This document shows positions 50,401 through 64,000 of a stretch of 64,000 nucleotides of DNA, in pieces (within the stretch, counting starts at the first letter, position 1; each line of letters opens with the position of its first letter). The notes beneath the pieces were generated by a model. The model did no database searches, was not told the origin of the DNA, and was given only the letters and a program-made list of their open reading frames with translations. The stretch comes from Catajapyx aquilonaris (lineage: Eukaryota): NCBI GenBank assembly GCA_000934665.2, contig KZ538000.1, positions 1 to 64,000 on the forward strand. The letters are read 5' to 3'. The translations under genes were made by a program, and so were the position numbers.

Positions 50401-53400
50401 TCCAGTAGCTACGTTAGTTATGGCCAAATGGGTATAATCCTAGCAAGAGTGGGCAGCAATGTCTCTCAGCTGGAATCGTCGGGTTATTTCCAGACAAAGG
50501 AAGTGCAGCGTTGCCACCTGCACTTGAACCACACTTTATTTGACAAGTCTCATTTCTCATGTGGCATTCTATTAGTGGTACGTGCACGTGACTCTCAAAG
50601 CCATGCCCCTATTTTAAGGAGACGGATAAAAAACATGTCAGAAGATGTTAGGAAGGAAGGAAGCCAAAATTTAGGAGCACTGGCAACCGCGAAATAAAAG
50701 TGGAATGGCCTCACCGGATTGAGTAACCTACGTTGAAAACAGTTGGAGACGGACAAAATGACAGAAAATGTTGGGAAAATAGCTGGATATACTATTTTTG
50801 CCGGTAATCACCGGGGGAAATTTCAAATGCTGGGCTGCAAATAATTAGCGTTGTATGTCAGGTTTTTCCGGATTTTTTTTTTTCAATTAGTTCGTGTAGC
50901 CTAATACTAGTTTGCTAATTAAATTCTGACTGTGGCTTAGATACATAATTTGGATTTTTGCATTGGAGCTTGCATCGAGAAATGCAATTATACCAATCGA
51001 ATGCACTTTGCTGCTCAGATCCTTCTGCAGGAGAAATAACACTGAATGTTATTGGACAAAGGCAAAGCGACGTCCATAGTTTTCCCGCAAACGAAGCCCA
51101 CGAGAGGAGGCTTTGCAGCGTTCCAGCGCCAGGTAATTACAGTAGCTGGAAAATTAAAGTTGCAGGGAAATATTATTTCTATCGATAGGACTCCATGCAA
51201 ATTGCGGGACCTTCACTGCTTCACAAAGACATGGTGTGGAAATGAGGGTGTGGGGGCCTCAAAATCGACTCACAACTGCACCAAAAACATATTATGCAGA
51301 TGTGTGGCACTGGGTGCATTATTTCAAGGCTTAATGCAAATCAATGAATTAACTTCGAATAATGTAAGAGGACGGTGCATAAAAATGTTCCTTTTCATAT
51401 TGCAATTTTTCTTTGGTGAACCAAGCTCATTGTCAGTTTTATTAAATTGTGGTATTAAACATACACAAACACTTCCCAGCATTTTTTGGCCAAGCTGGTG
51501 TAGGTTCTTTAAATGCATTTAAATATTTTCATAGATGGGTAATGGTAGAATCAAAGTAGGGTTTATAAAAGCACTTCTAAAGCCAGATTGAAGTTTTCCA
51601 AATACAGCAACAGGTTTCCCAGGAATTGCATCTTTGCAGCATATTGAAACTGCTTTCGTGCACTTCTATATTTCCTCTCATCAACTATAAATGTATTACG
51701 TCATACACTTACCAGAATGGGGAGTTTACTCGGTATGAGGAGCGAGGCGCTGGAGAAAATAATTTACTATCACAGTCATACATAAAAATACAGTAGCCAG
51801 CAGGTTGTAGCTCTTACGTATTCGGCACAAGCTAATATTGATCAGTGTGTGTGCCACATGTGTGTATAATTATGCATAACTGAATAAGTCAGTACAACTG
51901 AAATACTTGGAAAATTGCCCATTCATGACCCGATTTTAATTTCGCGAGTAATGTGAAAAATATGAATGAAATGGTACAAAAATTAAGTTTAAAAATACAT
52001 ATTGTAAAGTTCTATTGTAAGAATCCATGCATTTCCCAAATTGGCTTCGAACGATCCTGAAAATTCCAGCAGAATTCTGAAATATGCTTAAATGAAAAAT
52101 GTAGCAATAAAACACACCGGCAGGTCATTTAAAACTCAGTGTATCAAACATACCGATGGCTAATTATATCCGCCTAGATTCTTTTGTCATTAAATAACCA
52201 ATGACATAAATTAAGCGAAATCCGTGAACAGCTGTCAGTATTTTTCTCTCTTCATTATATGTCAACCATGATGATCGCTGTATCAATAAATAACCAGCAT
52301 TTTTGTATTTGTTTTTGGATCACTACACATCTACGGTTGTAGCCTAACATGAGTGATGATTTCAATTTCTCGTCGCTTCAACACTCCTCCATGCCACAAG
52401 CCGAAAATTTTAATTACAAGCGATGAGAGTAGAATCCGCGACCCGAAACGTTGAGTGGGAAATAATGACTTCGTAATCATCAAAGAACTGCACAATTCGA
52501 TCCTATAGGCATCCAATGTTTTTTTTCCCTCAGCTCCGCCTCTTCTATGTCCGAGACCATCACTTTGGCAAAACCCACTTTCTCACGTGGAAATTCTCGT
52601 TCGCCAATTTAACTTTGCTATTATGTATAGCAGAAGAAGCACTCAGTAGTAAAATCTTTTGTCGATTTAATAATCGCCATTAATGTTCCAATTAGTAATC
52701 CAATACCAGAGATTTGAATATTCAAAACAACGCAGCATATAAGAGCACTTTATTTGCCAACTCATGGGATACAGCAGTATTTTAAAAATCAGTTAATTGA
52801 GCTTACTTTGGAAAAGTCCACACTCCACTACTGCTCTTTTCACGGTACAACATACACAGCGTAATCCTCATTGTTATCCGTACGTCTAGCTGAAAACCCC
52901 CAAAACTCATGTGACCCATTTGTACATTATACGGGCTGGATGGCTCAGTTCAGTTGAAATTGAGAGCATTACAATGTAGCCCTCACTTTTTGTAACCCAT
53001 GTACGTTCCAGGCTCTGATACTCTACATGAGAATAGATAAGGAATTTTATGCCCAATGAAGGTGCCCGCAACTATAAATGCATAGGGGATCGTTGACCCA
53101 TTTGAAAACAGCGTAAAGAGGACCAACACCCTCTAAAAACAACCTCAAGGTGGAAGACTCAGCTATATTCAGTTTGCCAGGTAAGTAAAATAACTTGTAA
53201 ATCAAAATGTGGCGAAATTAATAGTGAGTAACATCGGCATATATATCAGGAACTCTGCTCGGAAGTTTTTCAATTAGGCCCTAAGTTATATTTTCCGAAT
53301 AGTACCGAACACTATAAATTATCAACATTAGGTTTGGAAAATGCTGTTAATTCAATGGTTTTCTCTAATTTCCATTCTTTTAGTTTTTTTCTGCTTTTGT

Positions 53401-56400
53401 CTCAAGGACTGTCAGTTGCGGGTATATAGCTCCCTTGCTCCGGACCCAACTAATCGATTTTTCCGCCGCTACTACATAGTCAAGTTCTACCATAGTAGTC
53501 TTTAAGTGCTAAAATGCTACTTCTCGGTACGCTTTACGGCAGAGGTTTATAAGGCGTGGACTTTCACATGGGATAGGGTGATTATTATTGCTCTATCACA
53601 TATTCATATTCCAAAATTGAGCTGGTTGGCTACATTGTGCAACATGGTGCTCGCCCGTTGCAAATAAACTGACACATGGCAAATTAAAAACTGTTCCACC
53701 GAGCATGTTGCAAGTCAGAAAGTGTACATCCCTCGACTTTTATCGGCGGAAAATAAACTCGTCGTAAATAACCCCCTTCTGGCACGTATGTGTACCGTTT
53801 TTTTTTTTCAAGTGTGCATTAACTCCCTCTCGTATTAATAAAAAAGCGAATAGCACATAACATAGTTTACTACTGCATTGACACCACGTATACCGTCATT
53901 AAAGGCCAACCCTTTTACCTTCCCCCCCCCCTCTCTCTAGCCACTTTTCACCTCATGAAACCTCACACAGAGCACTTGGCACATGACAACACACCCGCAT
54001 TGAGATTGGAGACAAGGGCGAAATGCCAGTAGTTATAATAGTTTAAAATAAGTTATACCACCATTCATCTTAAGAGGTTACATAGATTGTTTCAGAAATA
54101 AATGTGCTAAAGAGATATATTTTTTATTGGGCTCGTCTATAGACGCAGTGGTTGCTGAACAGCAAATTGTGCTGATGTGTCGTAAGTAAACTAAACATAA
54201 TTATCTTAATGTGACTCATATCATTGTGAATTTCAGGTCTTCGAATGAATATATACTTGTCTTGTTCAGTATATGTCGTCCGCATTTTAATCCGTTTGAA
54301 TCTAGTCTTCTGACGGAATATTAATATTAAAACAATATTTTATTTAGGAATAGCCCAAGTTGACCGTTAGTTGCGATATTTTTGTTTTTAGAAACAGCAT
54401 GCTGTAGACATTCAATTTAGCAGCCAATTGGATTGTATGCTATTTCTTACGCGACTATAATATTATCCAAATTGGAAACGACACTGCACCATTAGGATCT
54501 TCACTGATGTACAGTAACTTACCATTTGTTGCTTCAGCCATAGAAACATATCATTTCCCGGATTTGTCGTCACTCATAGTTACGAAATTCGTCCTGTTCA
54601 TAAAATTCGTCAGTTTCTATCAGTAAATTCCAGAAAATATTTCCCATAAGAAGGCTGGGAATTTCAAGATTATTATTGAGTCAAAATTGTACAATATACG
54701 TAGCACAAGGCCTAACAATTTTTTTTGCTATAATTATAACTGATGAAGAATTGATTACTCAATAGAATAGAATAGAATAAAAGTGGCATTATCAACACGT
54801 GGTCACTAAAGTACTTTTTCACTATTGTCTGCAGCCCAGAGAGAAAGTTTCGTATACGAATCGTTTCCTTGATTTTGTATCGAGTAGGCTACTCTATTGT
54901 ATTGGCAGTTGCAGTGAAGGTCAAGCTTTTTCCAGTAGCAGCAATTTACCCTTTCTCCAATCAGATGATTCTCCTCCGGAAACCGCGAATGAAATGTCCT
55001 CTTCTAAAGATGTTGGTCACAGATCATTGGCCCAGTTGGCACAGGCACATTTACAGTACACATGCATTAGTGTGGGGACTGATCCGTGTTCGCAGTTTCA
55101 ACGAGTTCGCTGTAAATCGGCGATGTCTCTTATTCAAAATGAATAGCAGTGGATATCATAATATTGACATACCCTACACTGTACATCAGCATTAGAACAG
55201 AGACATTACCGGTTTTACTACAATGAACTCGTTAGATCAGCATCTGGCCAAAAATAGATACTGCATGGAAACGCTGTTAACTCGAGCGACAGTTTAATGT
55301 TGCATTAAGTAATGCAAAATTAACAAATTGGTATTTCAACATTTAAACCTTATTTGTGAATATATTAGGCACACGTGAATATACTTTTAAAAATTAATCT
55401 AGACCTATCCTAATATTCATTGTTGTTATTTCTGGCAAGGTTTTAGCACTTTTCGGAGCACTGCACTCTACGGCGACATATGCACGCCAAATGACACGGT
55501 GTTAAGTTATGCTATTCCTTTCCATCATGAAGTACTGAAAACGACTCATCAGGGAACAACCAATTGGCCACAACTAACTGTGTCTAAAGGCATGGTTGCG
55601 CACATGTACAGCTCCGCTGTTATAACTCCCACTCATCGCCTTATCTACATGTCACCCACTCCGAACAACCAACTGCGATAACTGAGTACAATAAGCTCAT
55701 CCAAACTCGAAGTTGACAATGCCTTGCTTATACTGTATAATCATTTCAAAGACACCTTACGAGTATATTAAATGACATAATTATAACAATTTAACAGTTT
55801 TCCGAGCTCCATATCGCACTCACTTATTACCGAGGTGGACACTTCGCAGTGGGCAGCATTCATAGGTGGTGAGACCTGGCTTTACCAGCTTTTTTACTAA
55901 AGAATTTTGACACAATCGATGAGAAATTATCTTATACTGCTCTGTGGCCCCTAAAAATATCTACTGTGTCATGATGCTCAGAAAATGTCAGTGTTTTCTT
56001 TTAGCCGCAGGGAAAATGTAGTGGAACAAGCAGTGGGCGTGGAAATAATGCGTTATTTCCACACCCGCTACATTTGGACAGCCACAAGGGGACACAGCAT
56101 TTGAAATGTCGGTTGTTATTGTTGCTACAGCTGCCGATTCTGCTGTTGCTGACTTAATTTCTTGAAAAAATTCTATCCCAACTTTAAAATGTATCCTGCA
56201 CTATGGTATATAGTAGCTATACATTGGAGATGACTATTTTTAATTTCGCAAATATCACACCAGCTAACACAAAAAAATGAGAGCAGCTTTGCTCCTATAT
56301 ATACTGTATATGATGTGTGAAAAGAGAGCGCTTGGGACTAATCACAGCAAAAAGGCGTGCAGAAGAGTTGTTTGAAACCTAACGCAAGCAGTACTCAACT

Positions 56401-56509
56401 GTGTCAACGCCACGACATTTTTGGATACGTCCCAACATTTCTTGACAGGTTCTGATTAAAAGTGGCTGGTGTTTTAACGAGGCGATATCATATGTACGTT
56501 CTTCAACTT

Positions 56510-56833
56510 GTCGCAAGGGAGTGTAGTGGTTAAGGCCACAGTCGACCACCACAGAGGTCCCGAGTTCCATTCATGGGTCGGGAAAAGTATTTTTTATGAC
56601 GAATTAGTGTAGCTTAGTCTCCGTGCTCGCGTGGGTTTCCTCGGAGTTCTCTCGTTTCCTCCCAATGCAATGTCTAAAAACAAGCCTTACTATCCCACTT
56701 TCCACTATGCATTTGCTTTGACTTCCATAATAAACCAAGCTGATTAACTAGTCGCTTTTTTTCTGTACTTTGTATGCATGTTGCTCGTAGTGCCGGGTCG
56801 TAAACTAAATACTGTCAATTTAATAATAATAAA
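56510..56833 (+). mobile_element. Old tRNA-derived SINE with a V-domain-like core
   Basis: A box gagtgtagtggtt and degenerate B box gagttccattc, then ctccgtgctcgcgtgggtttcctcggagttctctcgtttcctccca; (TAA)n tail. Confidence 0.6.
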
Positions 56834-56904
56834 TGTTTCGACCATTATGATCATTAATGTCACCTAAAATTGATAAGCTTATACTTATTTCAACCATGGT
56901 GTTT

Positions 56905-57801
56905 CACCCAGAAAAGCGGCACATCACGTATTTGTGTCTCACGACACACCTTGCTGTGTTGAATCCGATTTTGAGTGTCATCATGTGCCATAAGGCACGT
57001 TGACCTGTGTCAGACTCGGTAATGTGTAGCATGACACAGGCACGACACATATCCTCTGTGTCATTCTCCTAATGCGTCAGCGAGAGTGATATGGCACGAA
57101 TTATTATTGTGCCTCCTGACACGTATATCGGAGGATCGCCTGAAGGTTATATGACGTCATATAACCTTGGTGAGACGGTCCTCTTCAGCACTCGCCTTGT
57201 TTTTGCTTGCATCTTGCTGGTCGCTTGGCGTGCATTGTTGCTGCTTAACGGTACGTAAGTATATCAGTACGTATTAACATAATATCTACTCAGTAACGCT
57301 GTGTATCATTCTCACTCGCACGGAGTATATGTATATTCATACGCCGACGACATGTGTGCAACTTACTCTCTGATTATGGTCCACAAGAACTCACTGGTGC
57401 ACCAGTGCGTTCACGTGGACCAATCAGAGACGTTGTCTAGGCCTACATAACAAACTCGCCGCGGCGTAAAGTTACTCCACGAGAGCAATAATAATTAAGC
57501 TCCATAGTTAATTGTGTCAAACGGCACATCGTGAGAGTGTCAATAAACACACAGATGTGTCAAAAGCGACAAATAGCACATGTGTCAAAGGGCACAGTTT
57601 ATACAAGCGACACCAAAAAGTGTGCCACTTTTATGCCTGACGAGACTCACTTTTATGTGTCTCTTATGTATGCGTCGGATGGCAAATCATTGTGACACAC
57701 AATGCACGTGTCATGGCTTTGTGACACATTACAGGCGTGTCTCCTCAGGCATACATTTGACACATTTTTTGTGTCAATTGGCACATTTCCTTCTCTGTGT
57801 G
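56905..57801. mobile_element. CACTA/EnSpm-type non-autonomous element (CAC...GTG, 2-bp TT TSD)
   Basis: tt|cacccagaaaag ... cttctctgtgtg|tt (10/12 match); dense subterminal gacac/ggcac motifs in both orientations at both ends. Confidence 0.6.
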
Positions 57802-58203
57802 TTGGAATGCACAAAAATAAAGTACATACGTATATCCTAACCTACATATACAGTGCTTTACGTATGTAAGTGTGAAAAGTAGCAACCTTTTACGAATCCA
57901 TTAGTGGCCAGTTCTGAGAAATTAAATTATGAAACAAATTATGTGTTATTAGCACAAATATAGGCTACTTGTGTGAAGTGCGTACTGTACTGGTATCTAA
58001 TCAGTTGAAGTGTACCAATGGTGGTGCATTATGTCGTAGTGCAGAAGTAATTCCTCCTTGCATAATGCGTAGTTCGTAATGTAATTTCACAGTGTAGAAT
58101 TGTAATAAACACCTTGTGCTAACTCTCTTCTCTTAGTTTCGAAACATAATATTACTGTATAGTAGGCCTACCATGATTACCTAGTTTTTAGCAAAGAAAT
58201 TAA

Positions 58204-58479
58204 CCCTGGAACCGTGACGTGGGGTCTTTTAGGACCCCAAAGGAATTAAAATGCATTAAAATGATAATTACATGATCTTTTACCATTTTTAAAGTGTTTA
58301 ACAGGAAGTGCACGTTTATTTTGAATTAGCTATCATTTTAGGCATTGTTCAAAGAATGATTGCATATAGTCAATATATTGAACAGTATTATATAAAAATT
58401 AATAAAAATTAAAATATGGATGGGGTCCTAAAAGACCTCACGTCACAGTTGCCGTAACAGGCACGTCATGGTTCCAGGG
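58204..58479. mobile_element. piggyBac-type MITE
   Basis: TTAA|ccctggaaccgtgacgtg ... cacgtcatggttccaggg|TTAC; asymmetrically spaced subterminal inverted repeat ggggtcttttaggacccc. Confidence 0.8.
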
Positions 58480-58531
58480 TTACATGCAATCAAAAATATG
58501 TATTTACTGTAGGTAAAAAAAATCATGTAAG

Positions 58532-58557
58532 TATATATATATATATATATATATATA
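58532..58557. repeat. (TA)n microsatellite
   Basis: Directly visible. Confidence 0.9.
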
Positions 58558-60524
58558 ACTTAAATTCAAAAACATTATGTAGACTCGATGTTTCTTTACA
58601 ATGCCACACTGTAAGACAGTCGCACCAAATTACCACGCCAGGTCACATCACATCCCCAATAATGACAATTAACATAATTATGCCTTCACTATGACTTTTG
58701 CTTATCCCATCTCTAGAACACGTAAAAGCTTTTTCTTGAGCAACCACCTGGAATGATATCAGATGACTCACTAACTGCAAGAGCCCGGGAAGAAAAAAAA
58801 ATGCACTTTCCGGAGAATGCCAACTCTGTGAAATGAAGATCTTTTTCCGTACCTTAGAATCAGGTCATGTGGCAATTCTGAGCTTTCGTTCCTCCTTTTT
58901 TTCAAATAATTCGTTAACCTGAATATGCAATTGGGCGTACCATACAGCTCGGATCTGTACCCGTTGGTTTGTCTACTTTTTATACCTCAGTTTCAACAGC
59001 ATCAATAATACATGTGATGTACAGCAGCAAGCCTTCATCAGCATGACCTTTAAATGAGGTAGCAATTTACGAACACGGGTGTGTGCATGGTTTAACCATT
59101 TCTATAGGTTGGGCATAATATTAATAGCCTCAGCTTTATAGTTCTGACCGTCAATATTCAGCTCCATTACGTAAATCCATTCGTTTTCAATATTTAGCCC
59201 CGAGGTACAAGAGAGGCAATGCATTAAATTGATGAATTTTAGGTGCTAAATAGCATGTGACGATGCATACAACCTGAGCGGTAATTTTGTTGGTTTGATT
59301 TATCCTGATCGCACAGCTAAACGCGAATTGGCAAACGCATCCGATTGGTTTGAGTCAGATGTTTGTAATTCTCGCTCGAATAAGAGACGTCTGGAGTGTA
59401 GCTTTTTCGTTGCATATTTCTTAGGCTTATACCATTATGATGGGTATTTTATAATGATTCAGAGACATTCTTTGGGTTAGTGAACTCATGGATACCGGAG
59501 GATTACTTTATGTCGATGTGTCATTTGGTCTCCGCAGCCTCGTTATCCAGCAGATAATGGACTTCAAAAACAAATATATTGTGAAATATCTTGACATATA
59601 CGCATTTCTTTTCTCGACCTTGTTGTTTTACATTCAAATACATGTTTTGCTTAAAAGTACGAGCTTATACACTCCTAGCCATGTCGGAGACGGATGTGTA
59701 ATAGGCCGTATCCACAGGATAGATGGTGTAAGGTAGCATTATATTTTAGTAATGAGGCTTGTCCCAACTCGGAGAAAGAAATTCACAGTGTGGTTTTCCC
59801 GGTCTCTGGTCCTGACTTTAAAAGGAGATAGATATCAAAAATCCAGAATTTTGCTCTTGGTCCTGGGCAGAGAACACGTCAATAGAAAAGCTGGAAAAGA
59901 CCCGACCATGTGGAGGTGACAGGTGCGTGATTTGAATCCAGGACTTAGCCAGTGGCGCAACTAAAATTGTGTCCATCACACCTGCTCTCAAAAAAGATAT
60001 GCCAACTGAGCAATTTCTAAACCGACCTTATCAAAATGTGTACCAGAAGTCTTAGGCCAAGCCGCAGCACATATTTAAAATTGTAGGGGCACTTCAACTG
60101 CCCTGGATTCTTAATAAATTTAAAGAAGGGCTCAATTACGGCCTTTCCGTGGGCAAGGCCATCTTTAATATAGTGGCATCCAGTTTCCCACTAATGAAAT
60201 ATTTAACCCACTGCGCGTTGGTGAAACCTAATCCGCAGGTTATGCGGCACAAAACTATAAGTTCAGAAACTATCTGATAGTTCTTAAGAAACAATTAAAA
60301 TGATTGGTGGAACCGGGCATCAATCAGTTCGTGTAGGAGGATATAATAATATTATGCCTTCTTCGACATTCTTATTGTCTGAATTATTGTCTTTAAATTG
60401 ATTTTACTGCAGCATTACATATTTTAAATAACTTGTTATAAATGAAGAACAGTTTATGTAACCAGGTTTATAGCCTATAGTGACAATAGTGCATTGGTAT
60501 TTTTTGCCATAATAATGTATAGAC

Positions 60525-61054
60525 CAGGGATATTCAACTGGCGGACCGCGGTCCGGATCCGGACCGCGACGCAATTTTGTCCGGACCGCGACAATATACA
60601 GGACAGTTTGAAATAGCATGATAAATTACTAATTCATGATTTTTTTTAGGAAAAAGTGCTACCAATTTCATCATTTACACACCTATTCAAATCTCCCACA
60701 TCTCACCTAAGCTCGTGTGACCTTGAACCCCCCAAAAATTTCGCCTGCGGCGGGCTCGTTCCCTGCCCTTTACAGCGTGTTCACCTTGTGCTTACGAAAT
60801 GGGCCCCCCTCCGAAATTCTTCTGCCTACGCCCCTGTACAGGACATCATGAAAGGGCGAAAATGTCTTAATATGCCCTGTCTTGATAGGTCCTTCTACCC
60901 TTGCTGCACATGTTTATATTTTCAAATATGAACCCTGTGGTACCAGATATAAAATCTATATACCCCCCCCCGGGGGGGGATATATGGTCCGGACCTTCAA
61001 TGACCCAGGAAAGGTAAATACTGGACCTTGTCAGAAACTAGTTGAACACCCCTG
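60525..61054. mobile_element. hAT (Charlie-like) MITE, 8-bp TSD GTATAGAC
   Basis: gtatagac|cagggatattcaact ... agttgaacacccctg|gtatagac; ggaccgcggtccggatccggacc subterminal motifs. Confidence 0.88.
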
Positions 61055-61084
61055 GTATAGACTGTATAGAGTACCTCTACATGG

Positions 61085-61770
61085 TAGTCATTTTATAGTG
61101 TTCCAACTGAAATGCCCGTAATTGTTAGCATTTTTGGCACTAAGCTGCTTGTTTTGAAGGTATTACCTTCAGTGGTTATCAATGGTATCCCTATTAGCTG
61201 GTAATATTAGGTTGCATGGACTAATATTTTTAACGCCTGCAGGGAGTCTATACTGTGCAAAAGGGGGTTTTATTACTGTTGTTAGATGCCAATTGTTCCA
61301 ATGGCATACTTCCAATCGGAATTTCATTGCAGTTCTGAGCTTGGATGGATGATTTAATTCTTCCTAATACTAGCTTGTAATAACACTTTCGTGATAAGCA
61401 TTCAAAGTAATTAAAATAAGCAGCTTACGGAAATATATATGATAATTTAGCTGCTTATATGGTATTAAAATAGTTACATTAGTGTTTGTCATGGTTATTT
61501 AAAGTATTATCTGCTAATATTAGGCCTAATTAAATACTCCATGCAAGCTTAGGTTTGCAATGAATGTCCTATGAGAAATGGGACAATAGAGCATCTGGCA
61601 TCAAAATAAATGAGTGAACAAATTTTTGCAAGCCAAACCCAGAAAGAATGGTGCTGATAATACTGTTGATAGCAAGTAAAAGTATCTATGGTAGATAACG
61701 GCTTAAAAAGTAGCTTAGTGCAAAAAATTGCTAACCATTAACGAAGTTTCAAGTGGACCATCTTGTATAA
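61085..61770. mobile_element. Old degenerate foldback/MITE
   Basis: gttagcatttttggcactaagct (about 61124-61146) is mirrored by agcttagtgcaaaaaattgctaac (about 61712-61735). Confidence 0.45.
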
Positions 61771-62082
61771 TTATAGCCTACTGTACAAGTTTCTGGTAAA
61801 ATTTGACTACTTCGCATCAGATCAACATTGCAAGTTCGGGGTCAAAAGAGTATGTTGAAATGATTGTAATGATTAATCACCACTTGAAAATGATAATATT
61901 ACTACAGATCAAAGGAAGAGATTGGGGGGGGGGGGGGGGGGGNNNNNNNNNNNNNNNNNNNNNNNNNNNNNNNNNNNNNNNNNNNNNNNNNNNNNNNNNN
62001 NNNNNNNNNNNNNNNNNNNNNNNNNNNNNNNNNNNNNNNNNNNNNNNNNNNNNNNNNNNNNNNNNNNNNNNNNNNNNNNNNN

Positions 62083-62245
62083 GAGAAGGGTGGGGGAGAG
62101 GAGGGCTGGCCCCGGCTGTACTGCAATGCCGGGTCCAACCCAGGGACGGGGGTGGGATATTCTCCCAAGCACCCCGTCCGACCAAGAAATGCGAGTCAGG
62201 TCCGAGGACCGCTCGAGGAAGAGAGTACCGTCGCTGGCGAACCAG
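62083..62245. repeat. GC-rich dispersed repeat, related to 14800-15030, adjacent to an assembly gap
   Basis: Colinear similarity with 14885-15025. Confidence 0.6.
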
Positions 62246-63619
62246 CTGGGACCTCATACAACCCCATTAATTATTGTTTATTATTATTGTGTATTATTAT
62301 TGTTTATATTTATATCAATATATAATTATCATATATATTATTGTCTGTATTCAGAATCACCTCCAGGGATGTAGTACTTATAGAGACTGGGAAACAATGC
62401 CCGTCTGCGGCAACATTATGTTTAACACAATATTGTGTTCAGACGATGAGTGCGAGCGCACAGTGACGCAGCCTCACGCCAGTCAGGCGCAATCAGGTAT
62501 GTCGTGTGTGTATTGTTGATGACGTAAGCCAGTGTTGCCAACCTCAACAATGAGTACATGAGCTCTGATTCGTGAGTGGCATTGCCAGATGCGCCATAAT
62601 GTCAGGTATCATTTACTAATAAGTTTAAATAATCTAAGTGTTTTGAGCCAACCTGTGGCTGCCAATATACACATTCATGGTTTGGGTTATGTATACAGAT
62701 CGCGCGGTCAGTGGCGCCTATACACGACCCACGAACTTGGAACACCCTGTACAGAAGGCCGGAACAACCTGTCTGATTGCCTCGACAGCTGCCTCGGTGT
62801 TAAAATCAGATGGGCAACTTCCACCTTGAGGAAGTGAGGTGCATTCTTAAGAAACAGGGCGTAGTACGATAGTTCCTCTATTTTCAGGTGTGACCTAGCA
62901 TCCTTCCTCCTATGGCACTTGATTTTCTTATTCACTATACTCAACTGAGCTAAAAAAAATGTACATATAAAAACTCCACCAAAACTCTGGTCTATTCGTT
63001 TATGAAGACTTTTCCTCGTCATATAGCGAGGATGGAATGTCATTGCGGGCACCATATTATGATGATATGCCTCGGAAATAAAATTTTGGCAGCACTATAC
63101 ACGCTGATAACGCTAAAATCAGATTGGCTCTGATTGCCTGAGTCCCACCAGACCATACAATCAACCAGCCAATGATAGCAGGAATGTAATCAATCCTGGC
63201 AGTCATTGGTCATTTGCCGGCCCCTATGATCCAAAAAGCGGAGCAATTTGAGCCTCCCGTATAACATCATATTAGCTCCAGGCCACATATATTTTGCTTC
63301 TTCATTGTGCCATGATGTGGTCTCTAAAATCGCTCTTTACACTTATTCAGAATGTTTCTCCAGATATACTAGTAGCTTATCTACGTACGTAGTTAGAGTA
63401 TGATCACTTTTTTTTCTGTATTATACAGTACATATTAGTGGATGAAAAAGCAGGTTCAAGTTAAAATGGAAAAATGGTATGTGAATCACATTGTAAGCTA
63501 AATTACGCAATGCACGATACGTTGAGTATACATTTTTCTATAATTTGTATAGCCATCGATATTCTAGTGAACAATGTAGAATTCATGACGTCCAAATTTA
63601 GAAGCATCTCCCTTTAATG

Positions 63620-63795
63620 CAGTGGTTCTCAACCCACCTGGTTGGCACTGAGCTGATAAAAAATTCACGTGTTTAATGGAATTTTACTAGTGATTGGCAG
63701 CTTGCCCATAGGAATAAGGGATAAGTGACCAAAGAGGGCAGCGTGATCTTTCGCCCTGCCAAATGGGCCTCAGCCTAAAAAGTTGAAGAACCAGT
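63620..63795. mobile_element. Degenerate hAT-type MITE
   Basis: cagtggttctcaac ... gttgaagaaccagtt; no clean TSD. Confidence 0.45.
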
Positions 63796-64000
63796 TAGAG
63801 TCTTTCTGATACTTTGCCTTCAACTGAAAAAGTAAACCCCAGTTTACCCCAGTTTTTGATTCCTTTGAGTAGCCTACATAAATTAATACTTCCAGAGTGT
63901 TTACAAGTCATATTTGAGTAACACACACACATATTATTTGCACATGCAGTGTGTGTATATTAAATCGCTATTCTAATACCATTTTTCAACAAAGGCTTGG

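Noticed and set aside
51046..55195. ORFs of 158 aa (51046-51522), 115 aa and 108 aa (54799-55195)
   Set aside because: No motifs and no consistent exon chain; lengths are compatible with chance.
61803..62374. ORFs spanning N runs (also 47524-47856 and 39831-40022)
   Set aside because: Artefacts of assembly gaps next to poly-G tracts.

Overview
Eukaryotic, animal-type genomic DNA. It is AT-rich, has GT-AG introns, and has assembly gaps beside poly-G runs. An arthropod/insect origin is only a weak inference from the SINE content. Only two protein-coding genes are supportable, both on +: gene A (CDS 6606-10519, 5 coding exons, 498 aa) and gene B (CDS 25927-30121/30265). They are deeply diverged tandem paralogs with identical intron positions and phases, and I do not recognise the family. 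Gene B appears to have a 1-nt deletion near the end of exon 4. Elsewhere there is no supportable coding sequence except a Sola2-type transposase remnant. The window is dense in non-autonomous mobile DNA: Tc1/mariner/pogo-, hAT-, PIF/Harbinger-, piggyBac-, CACTA- and Sola2-type MITEs or foldback elements, often nested and with readable target-site duplications (TSDs), plus several tRNA-derived SINE families. Highlights: the orphan paralog pair; a fully foldable tRNA-Gln-type gene carrying a Val anticodon (AAC) and A73; a palindromic element whose arms co-vary between two copies; a central motif shared by SINEs with different heads; a piggyBac-type element carrying an inverted higher-order satellite; and a ~117-bp tandem array with C/D-box-like motifs behind gene B. 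Almost all ORFs in the supplied track are judged spurious. No database searches were possible, so superfamily calls rest on termini, TSDs and remembered motifs.
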